Source: the human T2T-CHM13v2.0 reference genome, Homo sapiens. Taken from it: a stretch of 64,000 nt of DNA. The stretch lies in assembly GCF_009914755.1 (NCBI RefSeq), contig NC_060944.1. One strand, written 5' to 3'. The position numbers and the translations under genes are program-made. The notes under the pieces were generated by a model. The model made no database searches. It saw nothing but the letters and a program-made list of their open reading frames with translations, and had not been told where the DNA came from. Shown here in pieces: positions 1 through 12,639 of the stretch (position 1 is its first letter; each line of letters starts with the position of its first letter).

Positions 1-2336
1 TTCATTCACTCCGGAAACAAAGCGCGTTGCACCTTCCTGCTCCAGCAAGGATTAACGGCGCGGACACAAAGGTTTTGTCGGAGGGGGAAGGTTTATTTTA
101 TCTTGGGTTGGAGACTCAGAGCGTGGCATGCACTTGAAATCAATGGGGAAGGAAAATGTCACCCAATCTGGTCCCTGAGTGTGGCGATAAAGACGTTCAC
201 CTTAAGGATGGCATCTCCAAAACAGCCCCACTTTGGCTTCGACTTCCAATGCGGGAGCAGGGGCTGCAGGAAGCAGAGGTGTCAGCTCTCACGTCCTGGA
301 TGAAAGAAATAGGGGAATGCACCCCAGGAGTACTACCCCGTGCTGGGACCTTTGCTAACCAGAAAATGAAAATCCATCCCAGCTCCAATTGCCCTCACCT
401 TCTGCCCCCGGAGAAGGAAACAGGGTCATAGGAAATCCCTTCTGTCTGTGGGGTGGCAGAGTGGAGTCTCTGGGTTGGGGAGGCCTAAAGCTGTGTGAGT
501 CTGCAACTTTGGAGAGGCCAGACCGTGCCCGGCAGATCTCTGGCAGGAGAGACTCACAGCCATTGGACAGGTGGACGAGAAAGTGGGCATTAGTGTGAAA
601 AGAAAGGAAATCTCAGCCTGCTTTGGGTTCAAGCCTAAGGTGAGTTTTTTTTTTTCCTTTGGTCCATATTATATTAACTCTTTAAATTGCCCCAGGAAGG
701 GAAGAATGAGTGGATGCCTCCCAGATGGACAATCCTCCCAAGTCAACTAAGAAGGAGTTGGGTAGATAAGTTCTCCAGGCCCAGAGACTTTCAGATTCTG
801 TGTCTGGGGGAAAATCCCCACCCCGTTCCTACAGAGTGGCGGGAACCCCATTGATGCCACGGAGAGAACTGATCCTGGGACCTAGAGCCTGGAGTCCCCC
901 TGCGATTAACTGTGGATGCAGGAGGAAGGCATCTAGGTGAGCTCCCTTCTCCCTATTCTTTTTCAAGGCAAAATATACAACACTTTCCCAATTATCTGCC
1001 TCCCTCCCACCACAAAAGGGGCACATATCTCCCAAGGATGTAAATAGTAATAGAAATTAGTATTTGTCTTTCTATTAATCAGCTTCATTGTGTGGGCATA
1101 AGACCCTGCGGGCATATGTTAGGACTTTGATAAATGCACTTTAATGAGATCTTTAAAAATGCATCCAATAAAATAAAAGGCGAGGAAAGCCGTTTAACTT
1201 TCATGGATGTTAAATTGAACACGAACTGTGGCTCCGGGCACGCTACAAAATGGAACCGGCCTCTCTCCAATATTTTCTTTAAAAACCTAGCTTTAAGCCC
1301 CCCTCGGGCCAAACGAGCCTGTCCCAGCCAATCCATTATCACCGGTTTATTGGGGAACCAAACGCCACGTCCCCCTGGGCGAACTCCTTGGCTTTATTCG
1401 TTCGCGCTGCTCTAATGACTAAATATGTTACAATGAGATTACGCATCGTCAGTGTTGCCTTCAGGAACGTTCTTTCAGCCAAGCCCGACCTTCCCCGGAT
1501 GAGGGCGATTTCAATACGGGAGATCTGGGTTTCTCCAGGAAACACGCGCTGAAAGCACTCTCTTATCTGAATTTACTTCTTAACACGTGACAAAATCATT
1601 ACCACAAGACTTTGGAAAACAAGCGGCTCTCCTAACGGGTTGCATTCAGCACTTAAAGCTGGGTCGGGCAGGCTGATGTGAAAAGTAGTTGTCGGTGGCG
1701 CGGAGAAGGCACGCTCTTAGCTGGAGCTAAGGGCTGGTTCCGGGAAGGACAGGGAATGCACCCTTGGGCCCTCGGGCACAGAGAGGGGGTTCCTAGGGCT
1801 CTGTCTCTCTCTCTCCAATGTGAGCCCCAGAGGTTCACAACCTTCCCCTAGACGCAACGTCCCCTTTCCACCCCCAAGAGCCACTAAAGTCGAGAAGGCG
1901 CCAGAGGAGCTCCAAAGGGCCTCCTGGTAGTGTGTGCGTGTGTGTTGTGGGAGGAGGTTGGGGCGGAGGGGGCGCCCCTCGGAGACAAGGACCCCACCGA
2001 GGTTCATTTCTGATCCTCTGGCGATCTCTACTGACACAAACGAGAACTGTCCGGCGCCGGGCGCGGCCCAGGCGACACTCGCCTCCCAAACTCCAGTCTT
2101 CAGTCGCCTCTCCAGAGACCTCAGTCCACTGCGCGGGCCCTCAGCCCCGGCTCCTCCTGTCTGCGACTCCCACCACTTGCCCTCGTGCTCATCACCACCG
2201 TCCCCTCACGTCCCAGTTCCGTCTGAGGAGAAGCCCCTGTCTCCACTGGGCGCCATCTCCAAATTACCTTCGGGACTTCTGCCTCTGTTTCAATCCCCGA
2301 TCCCGAGCTCCCTGCGACGCACAGGGGGCGACTTAC

Positions 2337-2600
2337 CCGGTGGAGGTGGGTGCAGCGGCCGCCCCTTCCTCACCGCGGCCCCGCCAGCCGAGGCGCAACC
2401 GGCCCCGGGCAATCGGGAGGGAGCTAGCCAGGCGCTCCGCGCGCCCGCTCCGCCTTCTACTCCCGGAGCTGCGGCGACAGCCCCGCCGCATTTCAAGGCG
2501 CGTCTTTATCTAGTACTCCACCTACCCGGACCCCCCTCGCTCTGCGCCCTTCCCCCACCGCGCGCCCTACCAGGCGGGGCTCAGGGGACCGCAGGCGGGG
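2337..2600 (-). other. Candidate alternative non-coding first exon
   Basis: Strong minus-strand donor CGG|GTAAGT (plus strand acttac|ccg at 2331-2339) within the CpG island; the 5' end is unknown. Confidence 0.4.
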
Positions 2601-3204
2601 ACCGCCGCGGGTGCCGCGCCCCTCCCTCCTCCTCCGCCTCCCAGCCCCGCACCTTCCCAGCCCCTGGGACAGTCCCGCTTTCCCTGACCGCACCGGAAAG
2701 TGCGCAGCGGCGGGATCACCTGGCCTCGGCGGCTGGTAAAACTTTTCCTGACTGCAGGCGCGACAGAGGGGCCCTGCCCGTCCTCGAGTGCTCGCCACTC
2801 CTGCCGTGATCCGCAAAGTCGGGGAGAACTTCGGAGGCCCGCACTTGCCCACCTGCTGCGTCCGGACTACGCGGCTTGGGGATCGAGCCGAGTCAGGACC
2901 CGGGAGAGCGAGGGGCTCATAACCGGGGTCCGCCGTGAACCCGAGCTCCGGCGCCGCTCGGCGGCGACGACGGTGCCCCGAGACCCCTCTCTGCTGGCAG
3001 GCCGCGGTGACCGTGCCCGGAGCGCGTTCCCGCGCCGGGCGGCTGTGGCAGGAGGACCAGACAGTCAGCGCCTGGCAGCGAGGGCGACGCCGGGCTTCCT
3101 CCATCGCCACCGCCGGGCTCCGCTGCGGCTCCCGGGCTCCGCCGGGTGCCCCGCGCCATCCCCATCCCGCGTTCACCGGAAACGCGTGCGAGCTGGAGGC
3201 TCAC

Positions 3205-3465
3205 CTGGAGCGCGACTGCGCCGCTGGAGCCTCGGCTGGGCGAGCGCGCAGGTCCCGGCCGCTCTTTATCCCGAGTCGCGGGCGGCTGCGGAGTCGCGGG
3301 CGGTCGGGCGGCGGCTCGACGCGGCCGGCGAGCGCTCCCCCTCCCGGCTCCGGGCTCCTGGCTCCAGGCTCCCGGCCCAGCGGCCCCACCCTCCTAGCTC
3401 CGGCCCCGCGGCCACCGCGCAGCCCCAGCGGAGGGGGCAGCTCCCCCGCGCCGCGCGCGCTCTGT
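3205..3465 (-). other. RAI2: Non-coding first exon (5' UTR) of a minus-strand gene; intron 1 runs leftward out of the window
   Basis: Minus-strand donor CAG|GTGAGC (plus strand ctcac|ctg at 3200-3207) inside the CpG island, and no ATG on the minus strand between 3205 and 3480. The 5' boundary is approximate. The RAI2 symbol is a tentative recollection of the 5' UTR and needs BLAT confirmation; the exon call is firmer than the gene name. Confidence 0.5.
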
Positions 3466-3483
3466 TTGTTTTCCTTGCCGGAC

Positions 3484-3495
3484 TGACGTGAGTCA
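3484..3495. promoter_or_regulatory. Overlapping CRE-like/AP-1 site (TGACGTGAGTCA)
   Basis: TGACGT overlaps a perfect TGAGTCA just upstream of the putative first exon; a FOX-like TGTTTGT lies at ~3464. Confidence 0.55.
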
Positions 3496-6400
3496 AAATA
3501 TTGGCCATATGTTCAGCGGTAATAAATTGGGTATGAGCGCAAACACACTTGGGCTTCGATGGCTCTTTCAGCTGCCACATGGTAGGCTTTGCGGGGAGGG
3601 GGCTTCCACCCCGCCTCGGCCCCCTGCCCCCAAACGCGCGGGTAGATTCCCTCCCTCCTGCGCCCCTCTGAGCAGGAGATCTGGGACCCCAGGTTTCTCC
3701 TGACCCTCGCCCCTCCTCCGTCCCCAGCAGTGCCTTGGACTCCGCAGCTCCTGGCGAGCCCGGACTGCTGGTTAACAAGGTCGCCATCTATAAATTGCTC
3801 GGTCGCTAAGACGCCATAAAACCAAAGGGCCAGATGTGGCACGTTATTTATGTGTGAAACCGCGTTTACACTAGATACGCGGATCCAAGGCCGATAGCAC
3901 GACTTCGCGGGAGGTCACAGACCTCTCGCCCCGGCTCCAGGCTCCTCCCCCAGCACGATCTCCTCTCCAGGTTGAGGGGTGTCGGTCTTGCCGGGAAAGG
4001 GATTCACCCCTGCAGCCCAGGAGGAAAGTGATTTCAGTGCGCTTGTGCCAAAATGCCACCTGTCCAGGATTAAAGGCAGTCTCTGGGGTTTATTTCCGTA
4101 GCTTTCCTCTTTCCCCTGCTCTTGGCTTCCTTTTATTACGGGCCCCTGGGAGGCTGTTTTATTTTCCAGGCAGTTGATACGTTTCATGGGACCTAGATCT
4201 GACACAGCAAGGGTAGTGTGCTAGAGATGCCCAACTCTGTGGGTGGGCGGGATTTGAGGGTGGGGTCTCCTGAGCCCTGAGGGAAGGATTTTGGGAAGCG
4301 GAGCAGTTCACCTGGCTGAGGGAGCACCTGAAATTATTCTTGCCTCGGGCGGTGGTCGACTCCAGTGTCGCATGTCACCTGCCTTATTTAACTTGAGGGG
4401 CAGCCGGAGCACTGGGAGAGGCAGCCCTGGCCTCGGAATATGGAATCCGGTGGCCCTGGGTGCTGCAGGAAAGGGAAGTAAATACTCTGTTCTAATAGAA
4501 AACAATCGTTTTGCTTTCCTTCTTCAGAAGGCGGCCTTAGGACTGCATGTCCCCAAACTGGTCACCTCGCACTTTACTCACATGAATTCATTAACAGTCA
4601 TTGTCTCTCCATTGCCATTATTTTACTATTTCTTGAAGTGAACCAAATTCTCTCTGTGGTTAATAAGCACTGAGCCAGGCCCCCTACCTTCCTTTTCATC
4701 TTCAAAACACCTGGGGTTCCCTGAATGGCATCTTCCGTCTGGCCAAGGAAAATAAGAGATGAAAAATGTTGCCCTACTGCAGGGAAAAACATAAGCATTT
4801 CACTTTACTATTACCAGTTACCCCAGGTCTGTGTTCACTAGATAACTGTCCTTAGGTGGCTGTTAAGGGTGGAAAAATGATGCTGTTGAAAGAGGGTGGG
4901 AGAGAAGGGGAGAACCAACATGAGCTGGGGGTGGGGAGGAGAGACCCATTTGATAGGGGCAAAAAGAGCTATAAAATGAACCTCTGAACCTGAAGTGCTG
5001 AGCAGGAACAGTGACTCTCTGGGTTTGCTCTCTTGGGCTTTAGATGAGCTCCTAGAAAGCTTTAGTTAACTGCAGAAAAACCTGGGACTAGCTTCAGGGC
5101 TACAGGAGTGGTTGATCTTGGGAAATTACACTGTTTTTCACTCTTTTTTCTTGGATTTTTACATCTTTATTTATGGTTAAAAACCAAACTATAGGGTCTA
5201 TTTTTGGGTTTACATTACCTCCAAGTGGAAGCGCTGAGATTACAGATCAATTGCTTCTTTGGGTGAAAATATTGCTTCATGACCAAAATTAGACAAGGGG
5301 ATTTGAAGGCAGGCCTTCACATTTGTAGTCTTCGTGGGAATGGGTGTCTTTGTCTCACAAGTGCCCTGTGAAGAAGCTCATGCTTTCTTCCTGCATGTAC
5401 CACAGATATGTGCTAGGCAGAGGATTGAGACGCAGACAAGGAGCTTAGAAAGTCAGTGTCTGGTGCTCCCAGGGTGGAAAACTGAGAGACACGAAGCAAA
5501 GAGTATATCAAGGCAGGCTTTACATCATTCCCTAGTTAGGAAAACCCATTTTAAACCAGCAAATGTAGCAGGGCATCTACTAGTTAACTGATAATAAAAA
5601 TCCATGACAAAGAAGATGCAGTGGGGAGCAAGCATAAATGAAATACGACTGCTTAGATACAACTCCTGTTTCTTCTCTTTGGCCTTATTCAGCAATCCGG
5701 TGCTAAACTTCATACACTACATCCTCCAACCTCAACAGATTGCATGCTGTTCTTAGTTCCACCATCTTTTATGCTATTCTTACTTCAGAAACATTCCTGT
5801 CCTACTCATGGACTCAAAATTCACTGACTTTTCACACTGGAAAAACCTTCCTCCACGAAGCTCCCCGCAGACGCACCATCAGCTACAGTTGTTCCCCTCT
5901 AGGAGTGATCAGTTCTCACTTGCAAGTCAACACATAGTCAGCGGAAATAAATACTCTAGTGTGTTTTGACTTGAACTAGGATATAATGGAATTGTCTTGA
6001 AAAGAGTTATTCAAAGGTCCTCTCATGGAGAAGTTCTTTGCTTGTTATAGCTGTTGGCCCTGCTATGCAGTTGATTCAACTAAGGAAGCTAAGTGCCTTG
6101 CTCACACCTTACCTTAGCCTCACGTGTGGCCTCCAGAGAGGCACCATGGAGGTGAGAGCTGAGACGGAGTCTGAAGGAAGTAAGTACCCCAACCCCAGAC
6201 CACAAAGGGCTCTCAGGAAGCAATGTACTTCTGCAAAGATCCCAGTGCACAATGGGGAGCTGAAGATGGGCAATGCCTCTCCGTGTGCCCTCAGCAAGTG
6301 AAAGTTTGAATGTGCTCTCCAGCAGACTTGATGCTCTTCCTTCAGTTCCTTCAGCAGCAGAGCCAGAAGGCAAGAGTCATGGTCTTATGAGGCTCTTGGG

Positions 6401-6554
6401 CTTTCAGAAGCCAAGAGTAATACCAGTTCCTTCTTATCTCCTGCAGAGAACCAGAGAACTGGGATAACAGACACTGCAGGACACAGATTGTTTTGTTAAA
6501 GAGTTGGCCACAGCCAAATAATTTGGCAACATGTATAAAATCTTCAAGAAGCAA

Positions 6555-6830
6555 CAATCAAATTCATCTAGAGACAGAAACCAGACTAGCAGTGGCCTAG
6601 ACTTGGGAGATAGGGGCTGGGGGGCTGGGGAGTAAGGGCTGAGGGGTGTGAGGTTTCTTTTTGGGGTGAGAGAAATGCTCTGAGATTGATTTTGGTGATG
6701 TTGCACAAATCTGTGAACACACTAAAAGCCATATTCAGTAGACATTAAATGGGTAAATTAATGTACACATTAAATGGGTAAATTGTATGGTGTACGAATT
6801 ACATCTCAATAAAATAAAGCTGTTTAAAAA
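6555..6830 (+). mobile_element. L1M (L1MB-like) 3' end fragment
   Basis: Typical L1MB 3' UTR (gagacagaaa...ggtttctttttggggtga...tggtgatgttgcacaa...tctcaataaa). Confidence 0.8.
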
Positions 6831-6939
6831 GCCAATGCATCTCTTGTTTATGTGGGCTAGAAGGTGCTGGGATAGAAGCTAGGAGGGGAGGGAGGCACTG
6901 GGGGAAGACAGGTGATCCTGAAAGTTGTCTTCCATCTTC

Positions 6940-7860
6940 CCAATTTTTATTCTGAGTATTTTCAAGCACACAGAAAAGTTGAAAGAATAGTGAACATTTG
7001 GGTATCTTCCACCTGGATTCAACATTTGTTAGTATTTTGCCACATATACTTTATCACTCTATATAAGTGTACTTTCATTTTGCTGAACTATTTGGAATGA
7101 AGATTGCAGAAACTTCCCCATGGAATAGTTCAGCAGGCATCTCCTAACAATACAATTCTTCAATATAATCACGACACCATTACCACACCTTAAAAATTAA
7201 CAATAGTTACATAATACTGTGTTATATTAATTCTTTATTTACATTTCTCACATTTTACCAAAAACAAAATGTATTTTTATAGCCAGTCTATTTTTTCCAT
7301 ATCCAGGACTTATTCAAGGCTCATGTACTGTATTTGGTTTACAAAATATTTTAATGTCCTTATGCTCTTTTGATTTACAACAGTCTTCCTTATCTTACTC
7401 CCTCCCTCCTTTCCTTCCTCCCTCCCTGACATTGACTTTTTAGAACCCAAGGCATTTTTAGAACACCCTACATTCTGGATTTGCCAGATTGCTTTCTCCT
7501 GGTGTTATCTGCCTTGTTCTTCTACCCCTGCATAACTGGAAACTGGATGCCAGATCTGGAGTCATGATGAGGCATATGCTACACATTTGTGGGAAGAATG
7601 CCACAAGGTAGTGTGTCACATTGCATCTCATTAGGAGGCAAATCATGTTCTTCTATTAGACAGGCTAAGTTTGATCACTTGGTTAAGGTGGTGACCACCA
7701 AATCATCTCATGTGAATTAGTAAGTGATTGAGAAGTCACTGAGGGATAAGTGACCTTTGGCATTGTTTCAATATTCTTTGTCACTGAGTAAATATCCCCA
7801 TATTCTCCAACAACTTTTCACCTAGAGGCTTGTAGCATTCATTGTCTGAATTCTCCCGTT
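6940..7860 (-). mobile_element. Old L1M (L1MC/ME-like) fragments
   Basis: Degenerate antisense L1 3' UTR motifs (acagaaaagttgaaagaatagt..., gctaagtttgatcacttggttaaggtggtg). Confidence 0.6.
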
Positions 7861-9322
7861 TTTTTCTACATGTACTTGGTTTTTCTCCTCCATTTCCATT
7901 TCTTTTAATTTTGTTTTCCCTTGTAGTGTTTTCCTTCTCTTCAGTCCATTCTACTGGTGGCAATGAGGGACACTATTTATCTCAGCTGCTGGCATTCAAG
8001 ACTAAATAAATGATTGACTCAGGCATCCTGTTATTGCTTTCCAGTAAAAAGATGCAGCAGAAGACTAGAGGTTTGCAGTGGAAAATCATGTCACTTTCCA
8101 GTAATATTGGTTTAGAGAAGTATTAAATTTGACACGTAAATCTGATCCTTTGGTTTTTGGTTGGAGGGTTTGTATTTGTGATGTATTTATCTTACAGATG
8201 CAAAGCCCCTAGATTGGAACAGGACTGAATTGCACTGAGTCCTGTGGTTAGAAGGGCTCCAGGCTCAAGGCAGTCTAGAGGGTGGGGCAGTTGTCTCATC
8301 ACAGTGGGTTCACCATAGGTTAGCTCCTTCTCTCTTGCACTGCATGGATCACAGTCAGTGCCCCCTCCTTTTTCTTTGTCCTTCCTCCCTTTGGGGGTTA
8401 TGAGTACCCCACTGAGAAAGGGAATGTCAAGGCAGGGCATATTGCTCTGGCAGGTACAACATGGAGAATAAATAATGAGCCTAGGTTTTTCCTCGAAGGC
8501 ATCATGCAAATGTAAATATTGGAAGTAAAACACTTAGAAAAAGATGTGCAGAGAGAGTGGATTGGCATTTCATGGAATTATTCTGGATTCATGGTCGCCG
8601 ACTCTCTGACATGTCTAACATGTTAGGAGTGGGAGAGCGAAGGCAGGAAATTATACTTAGTTATACTTTTCCCATCCTGAACAGCTTTCCATAGGTGATG
8701 CACAATGCATCGGCTGAATTACAAGGTTTGCTTTTGAGCCCTCTAGGGTTTTCTTTGAGAAGTTAATATTTACCTGACCCTGGTGAGTTTACACGCTTTG
8801 GGTGATCTTTTGGGAAAAAAGGTATCATGGCTGATATCTCAATAAAGTAAAAGATAAGGCCTGGTCAATTACAGCAGCAGGGGAAGAAAAAATTACATTT
8901 AGACCCAATCACAAAATTGTCATCTAGATTATGGTTGTCAAATTTTAACTGGTGTTGATGTTCTGTTGTGGATAGAAACAACTCATCATAAATCTCAGCG
9001 ATTCTTTGACAGTTTTCAATTTCAATGGGAAGCACCATGGAAGTGAACTTGATAAAGGACTTGGCAATGAGGAAAAGTTTCCTTTTTTTTTCCTCTTGTC
9101 AATTTAGAGCTCATCTGAGAATTTAGAAATCTTCTTGGGTTTAACATTTAAAATTGTTTGCAGATCAACTTTTTATATTGTAAGGATTTCACTTCAGAGA
9201 AAATGGCATGGCCATTCTGCCTGCCACAGAGGGAATGAAATGACTCTAGACTTGTTCTAAAATGATTGAATTGATACATTAACAAGCGAACTGTTTTTAC
9301 GTAAACGGTGTGTTTACTGGAC

Positions 9323-9731
9323 GTATTTTTTTGCTGGGGGTGCAGTAACAAGTACCACAAACTGGGTGGCTTAAAAAGCAGAATCTTATAATCTCCCATT
9401 TCTGGAGGCCAGAAGTCCAAAGTCAAGGGGTTGGCAGCATGGTTCCCTCTGAGGGTAGTGAAGGAAGGGTCTGTTTGGGTCCTCTCTCCTTGCCTTGTAG
9501 ATGACCATCTTCTCTCTGTATCTCTACCCATCTGTCCATGCTTCTAAAGTTTCTCTTTTTACAAGGATGCCAGTCATATTGGAATTAGGCACCACCCTAA
9601 TGACTTAAATTTAACTTGATTATGTTTGTAAAGACCCTATATTCAAATTAAGTCATATTCTGAGGTACTGCAGATTAGGACTCCAACATACCTCTTTCTG
9701 GACAGGAGGGGGCACAATTTAACCCATGACA
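9323..9731 (-). mobile_element. MaLR LTR, MLT1B/C-like
   Basis: taacaagtaccacaaactgggtggcttaaaa...ggaggccagaagtccaaagtcaagg...gggcacaatttaacccatgaca. Confidence 0.85.
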
Positions 9732-11626
9732 CTTTGGATGAGTTTAGGGTGGGGATGATGAAGATCACAGAAGGCCCAAAGGCTCCAAGCCATCGTACCC
9801 TCGTGATGCCAAAATTTAGTCCAATTCTAGTGCCTGCCTCTGAGTACAAACGCCTTGGGTTTGGGTGTTCAGTGCGGTGGCGGGCCTCTGGGATTTGATG
9901 GTATATGACTTTTAAGCAGATGAAAATAATTTGGGATAGCAATCCCATTAGGAAAGTGGGCATATATGTATTAAATAAAAAAGACAAGAAAGTTTCCTGG
10001 ATCTGTTTTTCCTGCCAGTGAAACAATGATGAACTTGGCCTATTTGAGCTCTGCCTACTATGGCCCTTTCACATCTTTTTTTTTCACCAAACATACTTCC
10101 TTTGGATATTACAATATCCAACTGTACGTCTCTGATAGACATCTAATTCTCGCTGAATTAATGGGAGATTTTAGGCTTAATAATAACTTCCAGTGAATAT
10201 AAAGATGTAATTATAAGGCCTCTGTCTTTATATGACTCAAGACTTTTAGGAGCTCACAGCATACCAAGCATGGCCTCATTACTGTAATCCTCTTAACATC
10301 ACTTGGACCCCAGTTACAAGTATCACTACCTCCACCTTAGGGGAGGAAAACCCAAGGAACAGGACAGCAAGGTCTATTGTCTGATGCTTCAAAGACGGAC
10401 AGACAGGGCCCCACTGTTCCTTTATTATATTCTTTATTCTGGAGAGTTCTCCATTGAGCTAGATTGTCTTCCAAAGCTATCCTTGTTCTCCATTTTAGCT
10501 TCCCCAGTTGCTGTTTGCGTATGCTAGCTGGTATCTGGGGCAGGAGCAGTTCTGGATGAATTGAGAAGAAAAACGACAAAACTTCTATTATAACGCACTG
10601 TTTATTATTGGATCAATATGATCGATGACCACCTGTCAGATCTGTAACATTATCTGGGAACCAGCAGATGGAGCTGTTACAGATAGCATTCAGAGGTTTG
10701 TTTATTCTCCTGAGCACGTGTTTCCATCCTGGGGGAAATACCACTTCATTGTTACAACAGTGGAGTTGTCTGTGGCCAGATGTTGAGCACACCTTTTCTC
10801 TTGGTCCACGTCTGCAGAACTGGAAGGTCATTTGTATGCAGGGCCAAGGTTTTTACTTGGAAAAGGTAGGATGACAATCTTCTACCTCTCACAGGCCCTT
10901 ATGGCAGAAACAGATGATTTCTGTGAACAAGGAGAAAATTAGATGTATTGTTTTTCCAGAAACCGCACACTTCGAATCACAGAAGTGTTTACATAGGGCA
11001 GGCTGGAGGGGACGAGAGAGACCTTGGTTGATGGTGACTCAGTTCATAAACACAGCATCAATATTGATAGACTCCAAAAGATGCATATGCAGGACATCTC
11101 TCGGGATTTGCAGGGACCGACTGTTCAGGTGAACATCCCGTACTGTTCGTTCGAGCAGGACACGGCAGATGCTTCTTTCTTGTTTTATGGAGGGTGGTGG
11201 TGGATTACTCTTCCCATCTTGTGCTTTTGAGGATGCTCCAAAAACTTTAAAAATTTATCCATGTTCCCTTTCACACAGTGGGTGTTTCTTTCCTCAGGCA
11301 GAAGGAAAACTTACCAATGGTTTTTGAATATGATAGGAAAGACCACCTGCAGGGAGAGAGTGGGACCCCTGCTCTCTGCCTCTGGTGAGGTCAGAAGGAA
11401 AGGAAACGTGGGGGCCATACGGAGGTGGAGGTAACAAACTGTTCCGACAGCCAAGGTTGATAAGTGTTCAAAAGTGTGCCCAAGGCCTTTTCCTCTCCTG
11501 TGGTTAATACTGAATTGGAAAATAGTGTCTGAAGAATCTCAGATGATGTAAATGTGGGATGAAGAGGTGGGGTGGGAGACCTTGTGTGATGGTTTCTGAA
11601 TTATGAGTCTTTAAAACCTACCTGCA

Positions 11627-11950
11627 GCCAGGCGCGGCGGCTCACACCTGTAATCTCAGCACTTTGGGAGGCCAAGGTGGGTGGATCGCCTGAGGTCAGG
11701 AGTTCAAGACCAGGCTGGCCAACATGGTGAAACCCCATCTCTACAAAAATACAAAAATTAGCCGGGCATGATGGTGGGTGCCTGTAATCCCAGCTACTCG
11801 GGAGGCTGATGTGGGAGAATCGCTTGAATATGGGAGGCGGTGTTTGCAGTAAGGCGGGATTTCACCCTTGCACTCCAGCGCCTTCCAGTCTGGGTGACTG
11901 AGTGAGACTCTGTCTGAAAAACAAACAAACAAACAAACAAACAAACAAAC
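11627..11950 (+). mobile_element. AluS, full length, with (AAAC)n tail
   Basis: Dimeric Alu consensus, central A-rich linker, tail converted to an AAAC microsatellite. Confidence 0.97.
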
Positions 11951-12639
11951 ACTTGCTATTTTCCCTGAGGGAAGATGGTATGAAGCTCATTAGTATCAAC
12001 TACTTCCTAAAATGTTTTGAGGTAAAAAAAAAAAGTTTTCTTTCTTTAACCAAAACTACAAATCATTAGTGAGATTTTGGGTTAAATGTTTATTTTATTC
12101 CCTTCTAGCTGACATCATTTTAAGAGTAAAAATTTAAACTACAATAAGAGCTTGAAGAGTGGGATTTTTATGTGTAAAACACTTAAAATTTAATTTAGAG
12201 CTAATATAATTGTTTTGTTTTAATCTGCTGTTGGAAGTATTTCTAGAATGTATCTGTCCACAATTCTTCCAATGTGATTAAAGTATTCTAAAGATAATTG
12301 AGCATTTTAAGAGGATCTTGTGATTTCTGGAGTTATTGCACAATTTCTGAAGACAAGAAGAGTGTGGGTGATTAGACTGGGTCCTAATGCTAGAGAATGA
12401 CCTGGATTTTTCCTTTTGGGGTGGGAGAAGTAGATGCTTTATCCCTGGTATGAGCAAGTTTATTCTAATGAGGGACTTTCACCTTTCTCTAACAGGTAGC
12501 ATGTCAAAAATTGGTTGGGGTTCTGATTAGTTAATTCCTAGTTAATTAAAGCTCTGGTATTTAGAATATAACTTCCCAGAGGGTCTTAGGAGGAAAGTTC
12601 ATTTTTTCTGTTTAGGTTTCTAAAGATTTGTTTATTTAT

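Larger units (their letters stand above)
1840..3990. promoter_or_regulatory. CpG island / promoter region
   Basis: Very GC-rich with dense, undepleted CpG (many GCGC/CGCG/CCGCGG), GC boxes and no interspersed repeats; flanking sequence is CpG-depleted. Boundaries by eye. Confidence 0.95.

Noticed and set aside
637-645. Perfect plus-strand donor AAG|GTGAGT suggesting an antisense exon
   Set aside because: An isolated 9-mer with no supportable partner acceptor or exon; it cannot be called without transcript data.
1932-3787. Long ORFs on both strands (193-291 aa) in the CpG island
   Set aside because: They are Pro/Arg/Ala/Gly-rich, overlap in many frames, mostly start at non-ATG codons and have no recognisable domain; this is expected from stop-codon scarcity in GC-rich DNA.
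8607-8625. p53-like element TGACATGTCTAACATGTTA
   Set aside because: The two CATG cores are 5 nt apart, not the 6 nt required for adjacent decamers.
11024-11230. 68-aa ORF with protein-like composition
   Set aside because: No ATG at the annotated start, no recognisable homology and no supportable exon boundaries.
11693-11706. DR2 retinoic acid response element AGGTCAggAGTTCA (also at ~41885)
   Set aside because: A common motif in AluS copies, so its presence says nothing specific about this locus.
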